From Blastocystis sp. Blastoise (taxonomy: Eukaryota; Protista; Bigyra: Opalinata): a stretch of DNA of 64,000 bases. A program made the position numbers and the translations under genes. The notes beneath the pieces were generated by a model. It was given only the letters and a program-made list of their open reading frames with translations. It had not been told where the DNA came from and did not search any database. The DNA is taken from assembly GCA_039096225.1 (NCBI GenBank), contig JBBPEB010000034.1, forward strand, positions 372,001 through 436,000, given 5' to 3'. How positions within the stretch are numbered: position 1 is the stretch's first letter; each line of letters opens with the position of its first letter. Positions 44,701 through 60,807 of this stretch are shown here, piece by piece.

Positions 44701-47700
44701 ACAATAATATGAATACAAATAATATTTATTCTAATACATCTATTCTATCAACACCATCTCTTTCTTCTTCTTCTTATCCAATGAATACTATTATTAGTAA
44801 TACTGATATTAGTAATAATAGTAATTATAATACTGATGCTAATAATAATAATACTAATATTGATAATAGTAATGTTAATACTAATAATAATATGAATGAT
44901 ACTAATAGTAATACTAATAATACTATGAATGGAATATCATTAAATTCAAAAACTTCAATGATATCCACAAATCTATTTGATCAACCAATAAATTCTCCAT
45001 ATCTTTCTATATTAGCAAATCATAATTCACCAACTATATCTCAACCTATATCTACTACTCTATATACATCACCTACTACTTCACCTTATCCATTATCACC
45101 TTATATATATCAACAACCTGTGTCATTTACTATACCTGATAATGATACAAAAGATATGGATAGTACATTAAGAACATGTATTAAAAGTATACAAGGATAT
45201 AGAAGTATGGTATTAGAAAAAGAAAATAATTTTAAATCAAAAGATGAATTTATTAAAAATTTATTAAATAGTCGTGTTTATGAAATGGCTCAAATTATTT
45301 TAAAGGTATATATATATATAATATTAATATTATTATTTATTGTTTTAAATAATTATTTTATAATATTATTCTATTGATAATTATATTTTATTATTATTTT
45401 AAATAATAAATATAATAAATATAATAAATATAATAAATATAATAAATATAATAATAATATATTATTCTATAGGCAAATTCTATACTATTATATATAACTT
45501 CATTATCTGTACCTCAATCTATAATTGATGAAAAAATACAAGAAAGAATATCTACGTTTAAAAATAAATACTTAGCTCAACAATTATATTTTAGAGCACA
45601 ACGTTATATAGCATCTAAATTAGCATATAGTTCAATTCATTTTACTTCAGGACCTTCTCCTTCTACTATAATGAATATACCAGAAATATGTAATAATTTA
45701 CCTCATATTGATGTAAAATCTTATATTAATACTCCTTATCCTCTAGTTGATTCTGATTTAATTACTTCTCTTTCAGATTATTATAATTATGATCTTATTT
45801 CTTTATATAGTGATACTATATCTGCTTCTTCTTTTCTTTGGGCTATTTATAATATATTTCCTATTTATTTTGATCCAAAAGAACCATTTTCAAAATTTCA
45901 TTTATTATTAATATCTACACCATTAGTTCATTTACATTATCTTCAAAAACAACATATTGGTAATCAAAATGATTTAGAAGATTTAAAACATAAATTAATA
46001 GAATCATTAACAAATCCTAATATAACTATGTTACCAGATCCATCTATATGTACAAAACAATTTTCTTATAATGATTTATCTACACCTTTTTTATCTTTTT
46101 CTTTTTATAATAATAATAATATAAATATAGATAATAATAATATAAATATAGGTAATAATTTATTAGAAAAAGATAATGTTAGTCAAGAAGAAAAAATGGA
46201 TATAAAAGAAAAAGAAGATGATAAAGATAATAAAGATAATATAGATGATAATAAAGATAATGTAAATGATAAAGATGATAAAGATAATAAAGATAATAAT
46301 AAAGATAATATAGATGATAATAAAGACAATATAGATGATAATAAAGATAATATAAATGATAAAGATAATAAAGATGATAATAAAGATAATAATAATGAAA
46401 TTACAGCTTCTGATAAAAAGGAGGAAGAAATAAAATTTGAAGAGAATATTAATCCTATAACTAATAATAATAATAATGTTACGAATACAGAATCAACAGA
46501 TATAAGTATTGAAGAAAGTCAAGTGATAAATAAAACAAATGTACTTGTTTCTACTAATACTAATAATATTAATAATAGTATTAATACTGATGATAAGAGT
46601 AATCCTAATATTATTAAGGATACGATTAATATTATTCAAGATAATCGTAAGAATAGTATAGATAATAATAATAAGAATAATAATAAGGATAAGAATAATA
46701 GTATGTCTATTGAGAATGATGCTGTTAATACAACAGATAATGTTAATAATATAAATTCATGTGATATTATTAAAGATACCAATTCTGTTAATAAAAATAT
46801 TCAAATAGAATTATCATCGGTAAATAATAATAATAATAATAATGATATTTATAATAATAATACTCCTGTAAATGGAGAAACTAATAGTATTCCAGATACT
46901 CATGATGAATCAAATCGTATTGAAACACAATTATCTTCTGATATTATATGTAATAAATTAAAGAATAATCTTCAATCTACAATAATACCGCCTACAGATA
47001 ATAATAATAATAATAATCAATTATATGAACAAACAACTAAAGATATTACTTCTACTATACAGAATACCAATAATATACAGAATAAACTTGAAAATATAGT
47101 TCAAACTAATGAATCACTAATCATGAATTCATCAATTAATAAAGAGAATAATATTGATACTAAGACTATTATTGAAGATAATAATAATAGTAATATAGTT
47201 GATAATAATAATATAATTAATAATAATAATCAGAATATTGATATTCTTGATAATACTATTAATTCTAATTCTAATAATTTTGTAAATACTGTTAATTCTA
47301 ATTCTAATAATTCTAATAATTCTAATTCTATTAATTCGAATAATATATCTACTATAAACACTAATAATAATACAGTATCTACTATGAATTCTATATCAGA
47401 ACAAATTACTTCTTCTACTTATATAAATTCTATACCACCTATAGTATTAAGAAAGATTCATCCTATTTCAGCATTAACTTGTCTTCCTCAATATAATATA
47501 AAAGATCCCCGTGAATGTATATTTTGTGGTTTATATGGTGACCGTGAAAGAGCTGGTCGATTAATACCGTGTAATAATAGTGAATGGATTCATTGTAACT
47601 GCTGTATTTGGACTAATGAAATTATTGAAGATTTTTCGACTTGTTTATTAAAAGGATTAAGTTCGATAAAAACAAAATATAAAAATAATCGTTGTTATTA

Positions 47701-49156
47701 TTGTAAAAAATTAAATGCAAATTTACGTTGTCATGATATAGAATGTAATCATTATTTTCATTTTGAATGTGGTTTAGATAATAATTGTATATATATGTTA
47801 AATAAAGTATGTTATTGTCCTGAACATATACCAAAACCACGACGTTTAAAAAGAAAGAAGTTTATTGATAATTATTATGATGATGATGTTATATATAATA
47901 AAAATAATAATATAATAGATAGAACTATAGAGAAAAATATATTAAAAAATAAAGAATATGAAGAATATGAAAAGAAAAAAGAAGGAAAACGTAAGAATCA
48001 ATCCTTACGTCGTGGAACACATACACTTCCCCGTGGGAATCTTAGTCGTAAAGTATCTTTAGGTATAAGTAATAATAATAATTCTAAAGAAGAAACAACT
48101 CTATATGCTTCTATTAATGATAGAATAGAAGAAAAAAATGAAATTAATTTAGAGAATCAAAGAGCTACAAATTATGAAGTGAATCGAAAAGTATTAATGT
48201 ATTTAAATAAAGGGTATATATTGTCTTTATTATTATTATTATTATTATTTTTTTTTGTTATATATATATATTAATATTATTATGATATATGTATTATTCT
48301 TATTATGTTTTATATATTATTATTATATATATGTTGTTTATAAATATTATATATAAAATTATATGTATATATGTATATATATATAATCTATATAGTCTTC
48401 GTAAGGTTCCATTCCCGCGAATATTCCGTCAAGGTGGTTGTACTATTTTACATTTAGGTCAATTATTAGATGCACCGTCTTTTTATAGTAATATATATAT
48501 ATATCCTCAAGGATTTCGAAGTTATCGTATTTTCTGGTCTACTACTCATCCTGGAAAGGTATATATATAATAAATTTATTTATTTGTATTGTTTTGGGTT
48601 TTTATAAAGTATTATTTTTTATTTTATGATTATTATTATTTTTTAATATTATTATTATTATTATTATTATTCTTATTCTTATTATTATTATTATATATAT
48701 ATATAGAGAACTTTATATTGTAATGATATTCTTCAAGATCGTTGCTTAATTGATGGAGAATATATATATATACCTACTTTTATATGTAAAGATATTATTG
48801 ATAATGTTGAATATAGAGATCATACTATAGAAGGTGTATATATATATATATTATTGTTTTTTAATATTTTTAAATAATCATAATATATATATATAGGTGT
48901 ATATGAAAAGTTGATAAATGCTTATAATTCTCTTCCTATATATATAAATGGCTATAGACAACGTGTAGATAGACATATATATGGATTAGATGCTTATTAT
49001 TTCTTTGGAATATCTATACCTGAAGTATATATATATATATATATATATTATTATTATATTTATTTTTATTTTTATTATTATTAATATAGGTAGTACAAGC
49101 ATTAGAATCTTTCCCTATATCCCTTTATTATGCTATTCCTCCTTCTATATGTATAT

Positions 49157-49202
<46 letters not shown>

Positions 49203-49247
49203 TCAACCAATTTCTTCCAAAACTCCCGATCATAATAGTGTTAATGG

Positions 49248-49287
<40 letters not shown>

Positions 49288-49427
49288 TATATAGATATAT
49301 TATCTAAGGATAGATTAGGTAATCGATATATATATCATTATCATTTTATTGATCCAAGTCAAGAAGAAGTGATGAGAGTTAAAGATGAACGAGTATATAT
49401 ATAATATAATATATATAAATAATTAAA

Positions 49428-49463
<36 letters not shown>

Positions 49464-50426
49464 TATTATATATATAGGCACATCAAAGTATGTTAGCTCA
49501 ATATACATCAAAATCTATTGTATGTTCACGTATAAATGCAATTAAACCAAAATCAAAACAAATTTCATCTATTAATTGGGTATATAAAATAGTTTCACAA
49601 ACACGTTTATCAACAAATAACCACGGGAATCGACTTCTTTTATCATCACCAACAAGTTTTGATAGTAGTAGTGAAAATTCCCGTGAAAATCTGTCTATTT
49701 CTGGTACACCTTCTTTTGGTTATTATGAATCTACAGAAGCTAAAATAAAAGAAAAATATAAAGCTATGAAGGTATATATATATATTATTATATATATTTA
49801 TTATTGTTTTTATATATATTATTATATATAAATTATATAATATTCTTTATTATATATATATTATTATGTATATTTATTATTGTTTATATATATATATATA
49901 TATAGAGTGAACCAATATCATCAAAATTAGTAGTATTAGATAGTTGTATAGAAGGAAAAGGATTATTTAGTAAAGTTACAATTCCCGCGAATACTTATAT
50001 ATGTGAATATACTGGAGAAATCGTTCGATATGAATTAGCAGATGTAAGAGAAAAGAAGTATATATATATATTGTTATTACTTTATTATTATATATTATAT
50101 TATATTATATTATATTATATTATATTTAATATATATATAGACTTCAGGATCAAGGTCATAAATCTTGCTATTTCTTCCGTTTGAATGATAAGTATATAAT
50201 TGATAGCACTACAAAAGGAAATGAAGCAAGATTCATCAATCATTCCTGTCAGCCAAATACATATACATCTATAATAACTGTTGATGGTGAAGATCACATT
50301 ATATTTATATCTCTTAAACAAATATCACCAAATACTGAAATAACATATGATTATAAATTTAGCCATGATGGAGAAGAAATTCCATGTACGTGCGGCGCTG
50401 AAAATTGTAGGGGTCGTATGAATTAA
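35402..50426 (+). CDS. KMT2/MLL/trithorax-like histone H3K4 methyltransferase (PHD fingers, bromodomain, extended PHD, FYRN/FYRC, SET, post-SET)
   Basis: Several C4HC3 PHDs; bromodomain (FAPDYYKVI...M.LDIM..K...Y...F..DFELI..N...YN); ePHD (DPRECIFC...RAGRLIP...WIHCNCCIW); FYRN (IYPQGFRSYRIFWS); SET (EYTGE, GNEARFINHSCQPN, EITYDYKF); post-SET CTCGAENCRGRMN. The start exon is inferred from in-frame splicing. Confidence 0.9.
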
Positions 50427-51195
50427 TATATATATATATATTTATAGAATTCTTTTATTGTTTTTTTTTATTTGTATTGATTTTATTTGAATTATTTTTT
50501 CTATTTTTTGTTATAACTTTTCATTTTTTTTTTATGTAATTCTTTGTTTAAAAGAATTCAGTATTTTAAAATTAACAATATAGTTGTTTTATTTGTGGAA
50601 AAATAATAAGAATTCAAAATCCTTTTAAATAGAAATTAAAACCATTTTTATTATATACTCATCTCTTTTAAAAACAACACTTGAGTGTATACACTTGTTT
50701 ATTATTATAATACTATAGATATATTGCAATATTTGTTCTTCGAAAGAGTCCGATTACCTAATTTGAAATAATTAGAATATAATACTTGAAATAATTTGAT
50801 CAGCAATTAAAGTATTGTTTCTTAAATGGTAAAATATATTAGAAATAAAAAGATTGTAAAGAAAACTTAAAAAAGGGAAACTTGATAAATAAACACAATT
50901 ATAGAATAGGACTGAAATTCTAGTTAAATTTTTAGATATAAATCTCGTTATCATAATATTCCGAAAAACTAGAATTTTTGATCAATTTATACATAAGATA
51001 TTAATACATAAAAAAACTATTTCTAAAAAATATGAAGCACTAAAACCAACGTGCCTTTTCAGTTATTTTACTAAAAGAAATTGTATTCTATATATATATT
51101 ATATAATTTTTTATTTATTTATTAAATTTCAAGTAAGTTTAAATGATTCAATTTAAAATAAGAAATTAAAATAATATAAATATATAGAAAAGAAA

Positions 51196-52448
51196 ATGCC
51201 TAGAGACTTAGAACGAGAAGCTTTAGTAGATCCAACCCGCTGTATAGAAAAAGGAATGGTTACATTCTTTGGAAGTGAAAAAACCTTCATTGTTCTTTAC
51301 CTAAAGAAAGACTAGTCTTATATCCTGAAAGTTTTCTGTATAAAAGTTGGTTGAATAATGATAAAGCAATTAATGGTTGTTTCTATAGTGGTTCTTCTGA
51401 ACGTAATTTAGATTTGATTATTGATTATATGAATGGTGTAGATATCGATATTGCTATGAAAACTAAAGAGGAATTAAATAATTTAGTTGCTGATTTTAAT
51501 AATGTGAACGTTGAGCCTCCTAAGTATGTCGTTGATGCACTTAAGGATCAACCCTCAAATAATAATTCTAAAGATATACTTGAATATCTACAAACATTCA
51601 ATAAAGATCTTTGTGAAGAAAAGAAAAGTTTAAAGATAATAAATGATACTCATGATGAACAAACTGAAAAATTGAATTTATTACTTGAATTGATGAATCA
51701 TATCAATGTTTCTATTGGAGATATGAAGAATGATATTAATCAATTGAAGAATTCTCTTCCACAAAAAAACAATGAATCTATAGATATCAAAATTGAAAAG
51801 AACTCATTTGAACAAAGTTCTATTATACGTAAAAACGAATACTATTTGGCTACATTAACAAATTGGTTTGGTAAAGAAAAGAAATGGAAATTATTATTCA
51901 GGTATTTATTAATTTATTATATATTATTATATATATAGAGCAAGTGAACATAATTATTCTGCAAGAGAATTCCATAGATATTGTGACAATAAAGGAGAAA
52001 CAGTGACTATAATCAAACATATAGGTCATAATAATCATATTAATATATTTGGAGGATATACAGATCAAGAGTGGGATTGTTCAAATCGTATATTTTTTTA
52101 TTTTATATAATTATTCAATATGATTTTATAGGTTATAAATATTATTCCAAAGAATTTCTATTTACTTTAAGTAACGAACATGATATTCCTCCTACTAAAT
52201 ATTATCAGATAAGTAGTGATAGAAGATATGGTATATATTGTTCTTCTTCTTATGGTCCAACATTTGGAGGTGGTTATGATATCAAAATATCTGATCAATG
52301 TCATAGTAATACTAATTCTTATTGTTGTACATCTTGTTATTGTGAAGTGAATACTCCTCAAAAATCATCATTATTTGTAAATACTAATAGTGCTAATTCT
52401 ACTAATAAGTTTACAGTAGAAGATTATGAAGTATGGGGAAGAGCTTAA
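51196..52448 (+). CDS. BTB/POZ-like + coiled-coil + TLDc domain protein; apparent 1-nt frameshift at ~51278-51283
   Basis: TLDc motifs WKLLFRASEH..SAREFHRYCDNKGETV, NIFGGYT, FLFTL, YGPTFGGGYDI, VEDYEVW. N-terminal LYPESFL...LDLIIDYMNG is BTB-like. Confidence 0.85.
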
Positions 52449-53210
52449 ATATTTATTAAGAATTAAAAAATACCATTTTTTTTTCTTTTGAAAATATATA
52501 TAATTTATATTCTTATTTCTTCGACATTTTTTTATTCATTTAATTATTGTTTTTGATTTTTTGTTTTTAGTAAACTGACATGTTTTTTTTATATTTTTAT
52601 TAATTACTTTTTAAAAAATAAAAAAAGTAGTTTAAATTTTTTAAATTATCTATGATGATAACACTATTTATTTTGTATTAAAAAAAAAATTGTGATAATT
52701 GTATGAAAATATTTTTCTAGTATTTTCTCTCAATTTGCTAAAAGGGAAAAAGAAAATTTGAATGACGCGCTTTTAACATTTGGCTGAATTCTTCTGAAAA
52801 TACTATTTTTTATAATTCACCAATTCTAGTAAAAGAATGACTATTTTATTTCCTATCACAAATGGTTCAAATTGGTATTTATCAAAGATTAAATATAATT
52901 TTGAGTGTAGTTCCTGTATAAGCAGATCTGCAAGCATAGATTTTGCATTTAGTTCATAATACAAACGTTTTCTGAATACATTTATGTAAGGATTTACTAT
53001 TTGAGATCATGATCATTGATTCTATGCTTTATTTTCATTGTTTTAATTGCTTGCTGGTCTTGCCATGCATACTTTTCTTTCTTAGTCTTTTAACTTTTTT
53101 ATAATTTGATCATTTTCTTTATGTAATATATTCATTTTCTTTATAGATATATTTCTATAGTGTTCTATTTTGCCTTTTAAATCTTAGTAGTGTCAAATTT
53201 ATTGTTACAA

Positions 53211-55820
53211 ATGAAATCCCATACGAATGAGCGCGTAATGATTACATTTTTTAGAAATATTCATATTTTAATTAAATTCTTTAGAATAAATACGCATATA
53301 GTGATGATGAAAAGGATATCGATACAAGTAGCGAATCTAATTCAATAAATGTATTTTTTTTTCTAGTAAAATAAAAATATTTTTTTTACTATCCTATATA
53401 TTATTCTATAGGATGATGATTATGATTTTACTCCATTTATAGAACCTAGTAGTCATAATAATAAATCAAAGAAGAATTCAAAAAAGAATAATTCCAAAAA
53501 GAATAAATCAAAATTGATAAAGAATAATCAAGAGATAATAATACATGAATGGAATAGAATTGAAAATTTACCCAAACTTCTTCAAAATTGTTGTAATAGC
53601 GATGGCTATTTAAATGAACCAAAAGTCCAACGACAAGTATATACTGAAGAAATGGCTTATGTTATTGAATCTGAAGTCAAAGAAAGAGAAAAAGAATTAA
53701 GGTATATTTGTGCTATTTTTTTATAATATAATATTTTTTTTTATTCTTATAATATATATAGAATAACACTAAAAGAAGATCCAAATTATACATATAAAAA
53801 AACAAGTAATTTTCATTAATAATAATAGTAATATGTTATTTTTATATAGATAATTATAATTATAAACCTGAATCCTATAAATATGTATGTATAAATATAT
53901 AAATATAAATATAAATATTTATTATAAATAATAAATATAAATATAAATATATAAATATATATATAGACTATATGGACTCCTCAAATGGATTTAGATCTTT
54001 ATTCTTCGATATTAAAATATATAAATGAAAATAATTCATATAAACAAGAAAAATGTCTAAATTGGAGATCTATTGCTGATATATATAAGACTATATCACA
54101 TACAAATAATAAAGATATTATTAACAATCAAAACCCTATTTTTAATAAGCCTGGAACACAATTAAATTCTCGTTTTACTCGTTGTATATATGGAGATACT
54201 AAAAAGTATAAATATATATATATAATAATTTATCCTATACATATATATATTTTATTAAATATATTCTATCTACTATTATTTCTATATATATATATAGTCC
54301 TTGTACACAAGAAGAAATGGATGCTATTTCTTTTCTATATAATCATAATTTTGGTTATGCAGATATTAGTATTGTATATAATATCCTATCATTATTGTTA
54401 TTTATATATCTATCCTTTATATATATATATATATTTTTATATTATAAATAATAAATTATTATTTTTATATAGTATTTATCTCGTCGGTCAGCAGACTGGG
54501 TTCAAAAAGTTATAAAGAAAAACGTATATATATATCTATATATATATTAGTTGAGTATAAATCATATATATATAGATAATAATAAAAGAGAAACAAGAAA
54601 TAATATCCTATAAAGAACCAAAAGTTAGATCTTATTCTATGAGTATAACAAATAAGGTTGATATTCATAATAAAACTATTAATAAAAAGAAGAATTGTCA
54701 ATCACCTGCTTATTCAAATAATTTCAATTCTCCTTCAGATAAAAGAAGAAAATCTATATCTATTATATATACAGCTCCTAATTATTCCTTTGATATGTCA
54801 TCAAATAGTTCTGATAATTATTCAATTAATTCTCCTTTATCATGTTATTCACAAAATGATAATAATAATAATAATATATTATTAAATTCAGATCATCAAA
54901 TTTGTTCTCAAATTTCTTCAAATTATCAAAATAAATTACAAAACATATCTAAAGAATTAAGTGATGAATTATTTCAATCTACACTTTCATCTTCAAAATA
55001 TAATAATAATAATAATTATCAACATAATATATCTACTAATAACAGCATACAAATAAACAAATCAAATTCTTCTAAGAATTTATTTTCATCATTAACTATC
55101 GATACAGCATTATCTCCTGAATGTGATACATCACAATCTTCTCATCAAACAATAGCATCTCCTTCTCCTACTCCTTCTCCTCTTGTTACAAAAAACCAAA
55201 ATAAAGATAAAAACCTTCCATTAAATAATAATCAAATTTTATATTCTTCTTCTGTAGGATATTCTCTATCTGATTCTAAATATGGATATATATATTCACA
55301 AGAATATATGTCTTCTTCTCAACAATTTATTGAAAATCCTCATGGAGACTTTTATGTTGATTATACTATTTCTAATACGAATCATAATAAAATGAATACT
55401 ATTAATAATAAGGAATATAACTCTAATAATTATAACTATCTAAATTCAAGTTGTTTTTCTTTCGATGCACCTTTAAATACTTCTCAACAATCAACAATAA
55501 ACTCTACTTTTATTTCTGATGTCTCAAATTCTATTCCATTAGTAAATAACACAATATATCCTTATGATATGAATATAGCTATTCCAACATCCAATCTAGA
55601 TTATCCTCCTGGAAATAATTATGATGATTCTTCTAGAAATTCTTCTATATTCAATAATCTACCTAATAATAATTCAATAATAGATAATAATATGAATGTC
55701 TATCATTTAAATATGAATGATGAAAAAGATTTTGAATTACATAATAATCATGATTCTCACTCAAATACATTAAACGATTTGAATATTCCTGAAATTGATG
55801 AAAACGAAAATATAGAATAG
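53211..55820 (+). CDS. Myb/SANT-like transcription factor with a low-complexity C-terminus
   Basis: Spliced WTPQMDLDL...NWRSIA...KPGTQLNSRF followed by PCTQEEMDAI...YADIS.YLSRRSADWV, consistent with two degenerate Myb repeats. Confidence 0.6.
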
Positions 55821-56728
55821 TTTTTATCAGTTGAATATAATATGTATATTATCTAGAATGTTAATTATTTACCTTCTTAGCTTCGTAGTCTATTTATCTC
55901 TTAATAAAACTACATATATTTATAATAATAATCTTAATGATTCATATAATATAAATAATCAATGATTTCTTTGATAGACTATTAATATTATTGAATATAT
56001 TGTTTTTTCCTTATCGATGAAAACAAATAAAGTACTATTTACATGAATACTATTATTTAAAGACTTTTTTCTTCTAATGGTATATTGTAATTAATATATG
56101 AAATGATATTCAAATGATTGAGGAAGTAATGTTGTCCTATTCAAAACGTTTTGACTTAGATAAAATGATTTTTTTATAATATACTTTTTTCTTATTCTAT
56201 TTTTTAATTGCTTTATTATTGCTATTATTTTATTATTATTATTGACTTTTTTAGTCTATATATATAAGTTGTTTAAATGAGCTTTTGTTTTTATTGAGAA
56301 AATTCTCATGATTAGAAAAATGTGCCTGATTCTTCTTTTTTAAATAATCATCAATAAGCCCAGATAGTTACCTGATTGATGACACATAATAAATACTAAA
56401 ATGAAGCACAGAAAAACAAATTCATAACATCTTTCAACAAATCTTCATAATTGAAGTATTTCCCTTTCACTAGAGTAAGTTACTCAACATGATAAAGAAC
56501 TGTTTCATTCACTATTTCCTATTATTAAGGAAACAAAACAAAAATAAAAAGATTCTTATTCTGTTATGCAATTTTTTTTATCACCGAGAAATCCATATAT
56601 AATCGTAATTCTATCGTTTTTTGTTCTGCAAGTTTCATTTCGATTTTTTACATTAGATCAATGAATAATTCATTAGATATATAAATATCTAGATATATCG
56701 ATATATATAAAGAATATTGATATAATAA

Positions 56729-59700
56729 ATGTCGATAGAAACAAAAGAAATTGATAATCAACTAGAAAAATATAGTATTTTGTTTCTTTTCTCTACAGAA
56801 TCTATTATTAATTATTTTAGTTCAATTTATTTTTCAAGATGAAACAAAGATAGTTGTGTCGCTCACTTTCTTAAACAGATTTCCAAAATCATTATTATTC
56901 TTAACGTACAAAAATGAAAATAATTATGTAAAAAAGATGATGCATATTTTGTAGATGCACCATCATTTTTTATCAAAGATCTCGTCTTATTTCTGGAAGA
57001 TGATATAAATCTTGATTCCTTACCTATAAATGAAGTATGTGACTTTACAAATGCGATGAAATTTTTTATGTTTGATGATGATAATATTGAATATATATTT
57101 AAACTTGAAGATTTTAGAATAGAAAAGCTTAAAACGTTTCTGAAAAATAATAGTTGTTCAATGTATGTCTATTATGATGAGTCAAAAAATATATATATAT
57201 ATAGAGATAATAATAATTTCTATGATTACAAAGCTAAGCGAACATTAACGATTAATAGTATATTTGATTTGATATTCTATAGATAGCAAAAAAATATATA
57301 TATATGTTATATATAGATATGATAACAAAAGATTTGAATAGTTTGTTATTACAATATTCACGATTATTTGATTTATATAATATTACAAAAGTTATTTTAA
57401 GTTGTATATATAAATATATTTTTATATTTATATTATAATATATATATTATTAATATATATAGTTGATTTCTCTGATGATAGAATTCCTTATGAATATATA
57501 TATCCCTCCAATTTACATGAATTATTTCCAAAACTAGAAACATATAGAATTAAATGTATTTATTATAAATTATGTATATATATATATAGTTGGTTATTAT
57601 CCATTAAAAGAAGAAATGTGTATATCTCCTTCAAATTCTTATTATATATTATTCTATAAACAATATAAATATCAATATTATAAGAAATATTATCCTGAGT
57701 CTTATAAAGAATATATATCTGATCATCCTAAAATAGAAGACACATATATATATGAAACTGAAGTATCTATATTTCCATTCAATAATCAAATTGAAGAAGA
57801 TACTATTATCCATCATGAAATTATATATATTGATGATGAAATAAGAAAAGAAGAAAAAAAAGAAAAACCTAAATTATATATACAGTATATTTCTGAATAT
57901 TCCCGTGAATATAATGAGAAACAACTTGAATTAGAAACAAAAGGAATTGATATGAATGTCAAGAAATTATATTCTATATTTGAATTTTCATATATAGATG
58001 AAACTAAAGGTATATTTATATTTATATAACTTAAATTTTATATCTATAATATTTATATATAGTAAAAGATATTCTACATCCAATATTAAAGTATATGTTA
58101 TTTATAAATATTTATTTTCATTAATTATATAATAATATAGTGTTACTGATTGTATAAGTGATATAATAATAAAGTCTATTCTAAATATACCTATTTGTAA
58201 ACAATTAAAAACAATTCAACATCAATGTATATATATATATTATTATTTTATATACTATAATTATTATATATATATATAGTATCATCAAAAGTGACATTTC
58301 AGCCTTCTATTCCGATATTTTTAAAGAATTTAAAAGAAGGACTATTGGATACTCTTGAAATAATGAATATATTTGATTGTACATATATATATTATATACA
58401 TACATTATTATATTTTAGTATATATAGTTATTCAAGATTATTATTATCCTGAATATATACAATTATTTAAAGATATAATATCAACACATGTCTTTCCTAA
58501 TGTTACTACACTGTCTATTACTAGTATGTTATTATTATATTTATTATTATATATAATTATATTATAATAAAATAGAATTACAAATAACGAATAATGATGT
58601 ATTATTATTAAAAGATATTTTATCTTTAATAGCTAAAGAACATTTTCCAAAATTACATTTATATACTTTCTATATATCTCTTGATGATAAAATAGGAGAG
58701 TTAAAAACATTATATCTTCTTATACCTGAATCTTTTATGCAATTAATTGATATTATTATTATTAATAATGATGATATGATATTTCCTATTAATGATTTAT
58801 TTGTTCAAACCTGTGTTTCTATAAGCAAATCACATCATTTTATTATTCAAAGTATATATATATATTATTTTATATTTTTAGCATTATTTATATTTGTTTT
58901 TAATTTATATATATATATATATATATTATGTAGCAAATATAATAGAAGAATATGATGAATTATGGCAACAATTATATGACTATAAACTATTAGATTATAA
59001 TAAATTTTATAGGAATTGTATATGTTTTATTTTATATATATATATCTAATTTATTATTGAATAATATATATTTTATAGTATATATTGAAAATGTTGAAGA
59101 CCCAGAGTCATTATTTGATAAATATATGAATAATTTACTTGAAGATAATTATAATAATATTACTTTTTTATCAATAGGTATAACATATATATATATATAT
59201 ATAGAATAAAAAGCATATTTTATGTATATATAGGACTTAAATTTTCTTTTTATACTGAGTATAAAGTTGAAATAAATAGAATTGAACCACGTAAAAAATC
59301 TATTTTATCTGATTTCTTCTCTATGTTCTCCAATAATATCAAAACATTAGAATTAAATTGTACATTTATAATTATATATATATTATAATAATTATCATTA
59401 TTATTTATATTATCTATTTTATTATTATTATATAGCATCATTATTTGTGGACTATTTCTGTTTACATGATAATGGTAAGAATTTTCTTTTATTTCCAAAT
59501 CTTGAGAATCTAACTATTCGAACAGGTATATTTTATATTATATACTATTATTGTAATATTAATATACTATTATAATAAATAGATTCATACAACTATGATG
59601 TAATGAAGAACCTGTATAAGTATATAACAAATAATCAATTAAAACAGCTCAAATCATTAAAAATCATTAATTATTGTATATTAATAATATGTTAATAATA

Positions 59701-60519
59701 TAATTTTATATAGTTGAAAAGAATTATAGTTGTTGCTCGGATTCTTCGGATTCTTCGGATTCTTCGGATTCTTCGGATTCTTCTAATTCTTCGGATTACT
59801 ATTTACTTCATTTACTTCATTTTAGTTACTTATTTCGTGGTTGGAAATCTATAACTCATTATGTAAATAATATTGAAATATACGTCGAAAATAGTATATA
59901 GATATATAATTATCATATTATTGTAAAATAATAATTTATATTATATATTTATATTTATAATATTTTATATATAATAGATAAAAAACAACTTTATAATTTA
60001 TTTGATTATTTTCCTTTAATTTCTTCTGAAATGAATATACCTATATATTCTATAATTATGTTAAATATATTTGGTGGTCCATATGATGAAATATTTCATA
60101 ATGATTTATATGATAGAGATAGGTATGAGAGAAATTTCTATAATCAGTTACAAGAAAATTATTAAAAAAATATTAGATATTTAGAATTATGTATATATTA
60201 TATGTATATTATGTTTATGATTATTATTTATTTATATAGATATTATATCTGATGATTATTTATCCAAGTATGTGAATTTAATAATAAAAAATTCATATAT
60301 ATATTTAAGAGAATTAATAATTCATGTTTCAAGTATATAAATATATTATTAATAATACTAATATTTTATAAAATATATAATATATAATATATTTATTTAT
60401 TTTACTTTATATATATAGAGGATTGACATATAGATAAATATGAATCACTTTTAAATATATATAAAGAAACTCATAATTCTCAATTAAACATTCAATTTGT
60501 TTTAAATGAATCAAATTAA
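56729..60519 (+). CDS. Lineage-specific multi-exon protein with a BTB-like N-terminus and degenerate LRR-like FPxL repeats; apparent frameshift at ~56930
   Basis: Many short GT-AG exons. IQFIFQD...FL.RFPKSLL...YFVD N-terminus; repeated FPKLE, FPNVTTL, FPKLHL, FPNLENL. TAA at 60517-60519. Confidence 0.6.
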
Positions 60520-60807
60520 TATATATATATTTAATCATTTTCTTTTATATTTTATTTTTATGTGTTTATATAAAATGCCATTTTTTTATTATTTTTAAAG
60601 TTATTGTTAATAGTCCTTCTAATTGTATATTCTTATAAATATATTGTTTTTAATAAATCTAATATCTAAATACAAAAAGTCTATTCTTAATTTGATTATT
60701 TGCTTTGTATTTAAAAAATTAAACTAATTAATAATCATAATATATATATATATAACAGATATAAAAATGGAAAATAATTCTTTTTTAACAAGAAATATAT
60801 AATTCAA

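Noticed and set aside
44045-51330. Other ATATCC matches (e.g. ~44045, 48501, 51320) as U12 donors
   Set aside because: They fall inside continuous conserved reading frames (IYPS, IYPQGF, LYPES) where no intron is needed.
59737-59797. (TCGGATTCT)n 9-bp repeat
   Set aside because: An in-frame coding SDS repeat within the 56729-60519 gene; no sign of a separate function.
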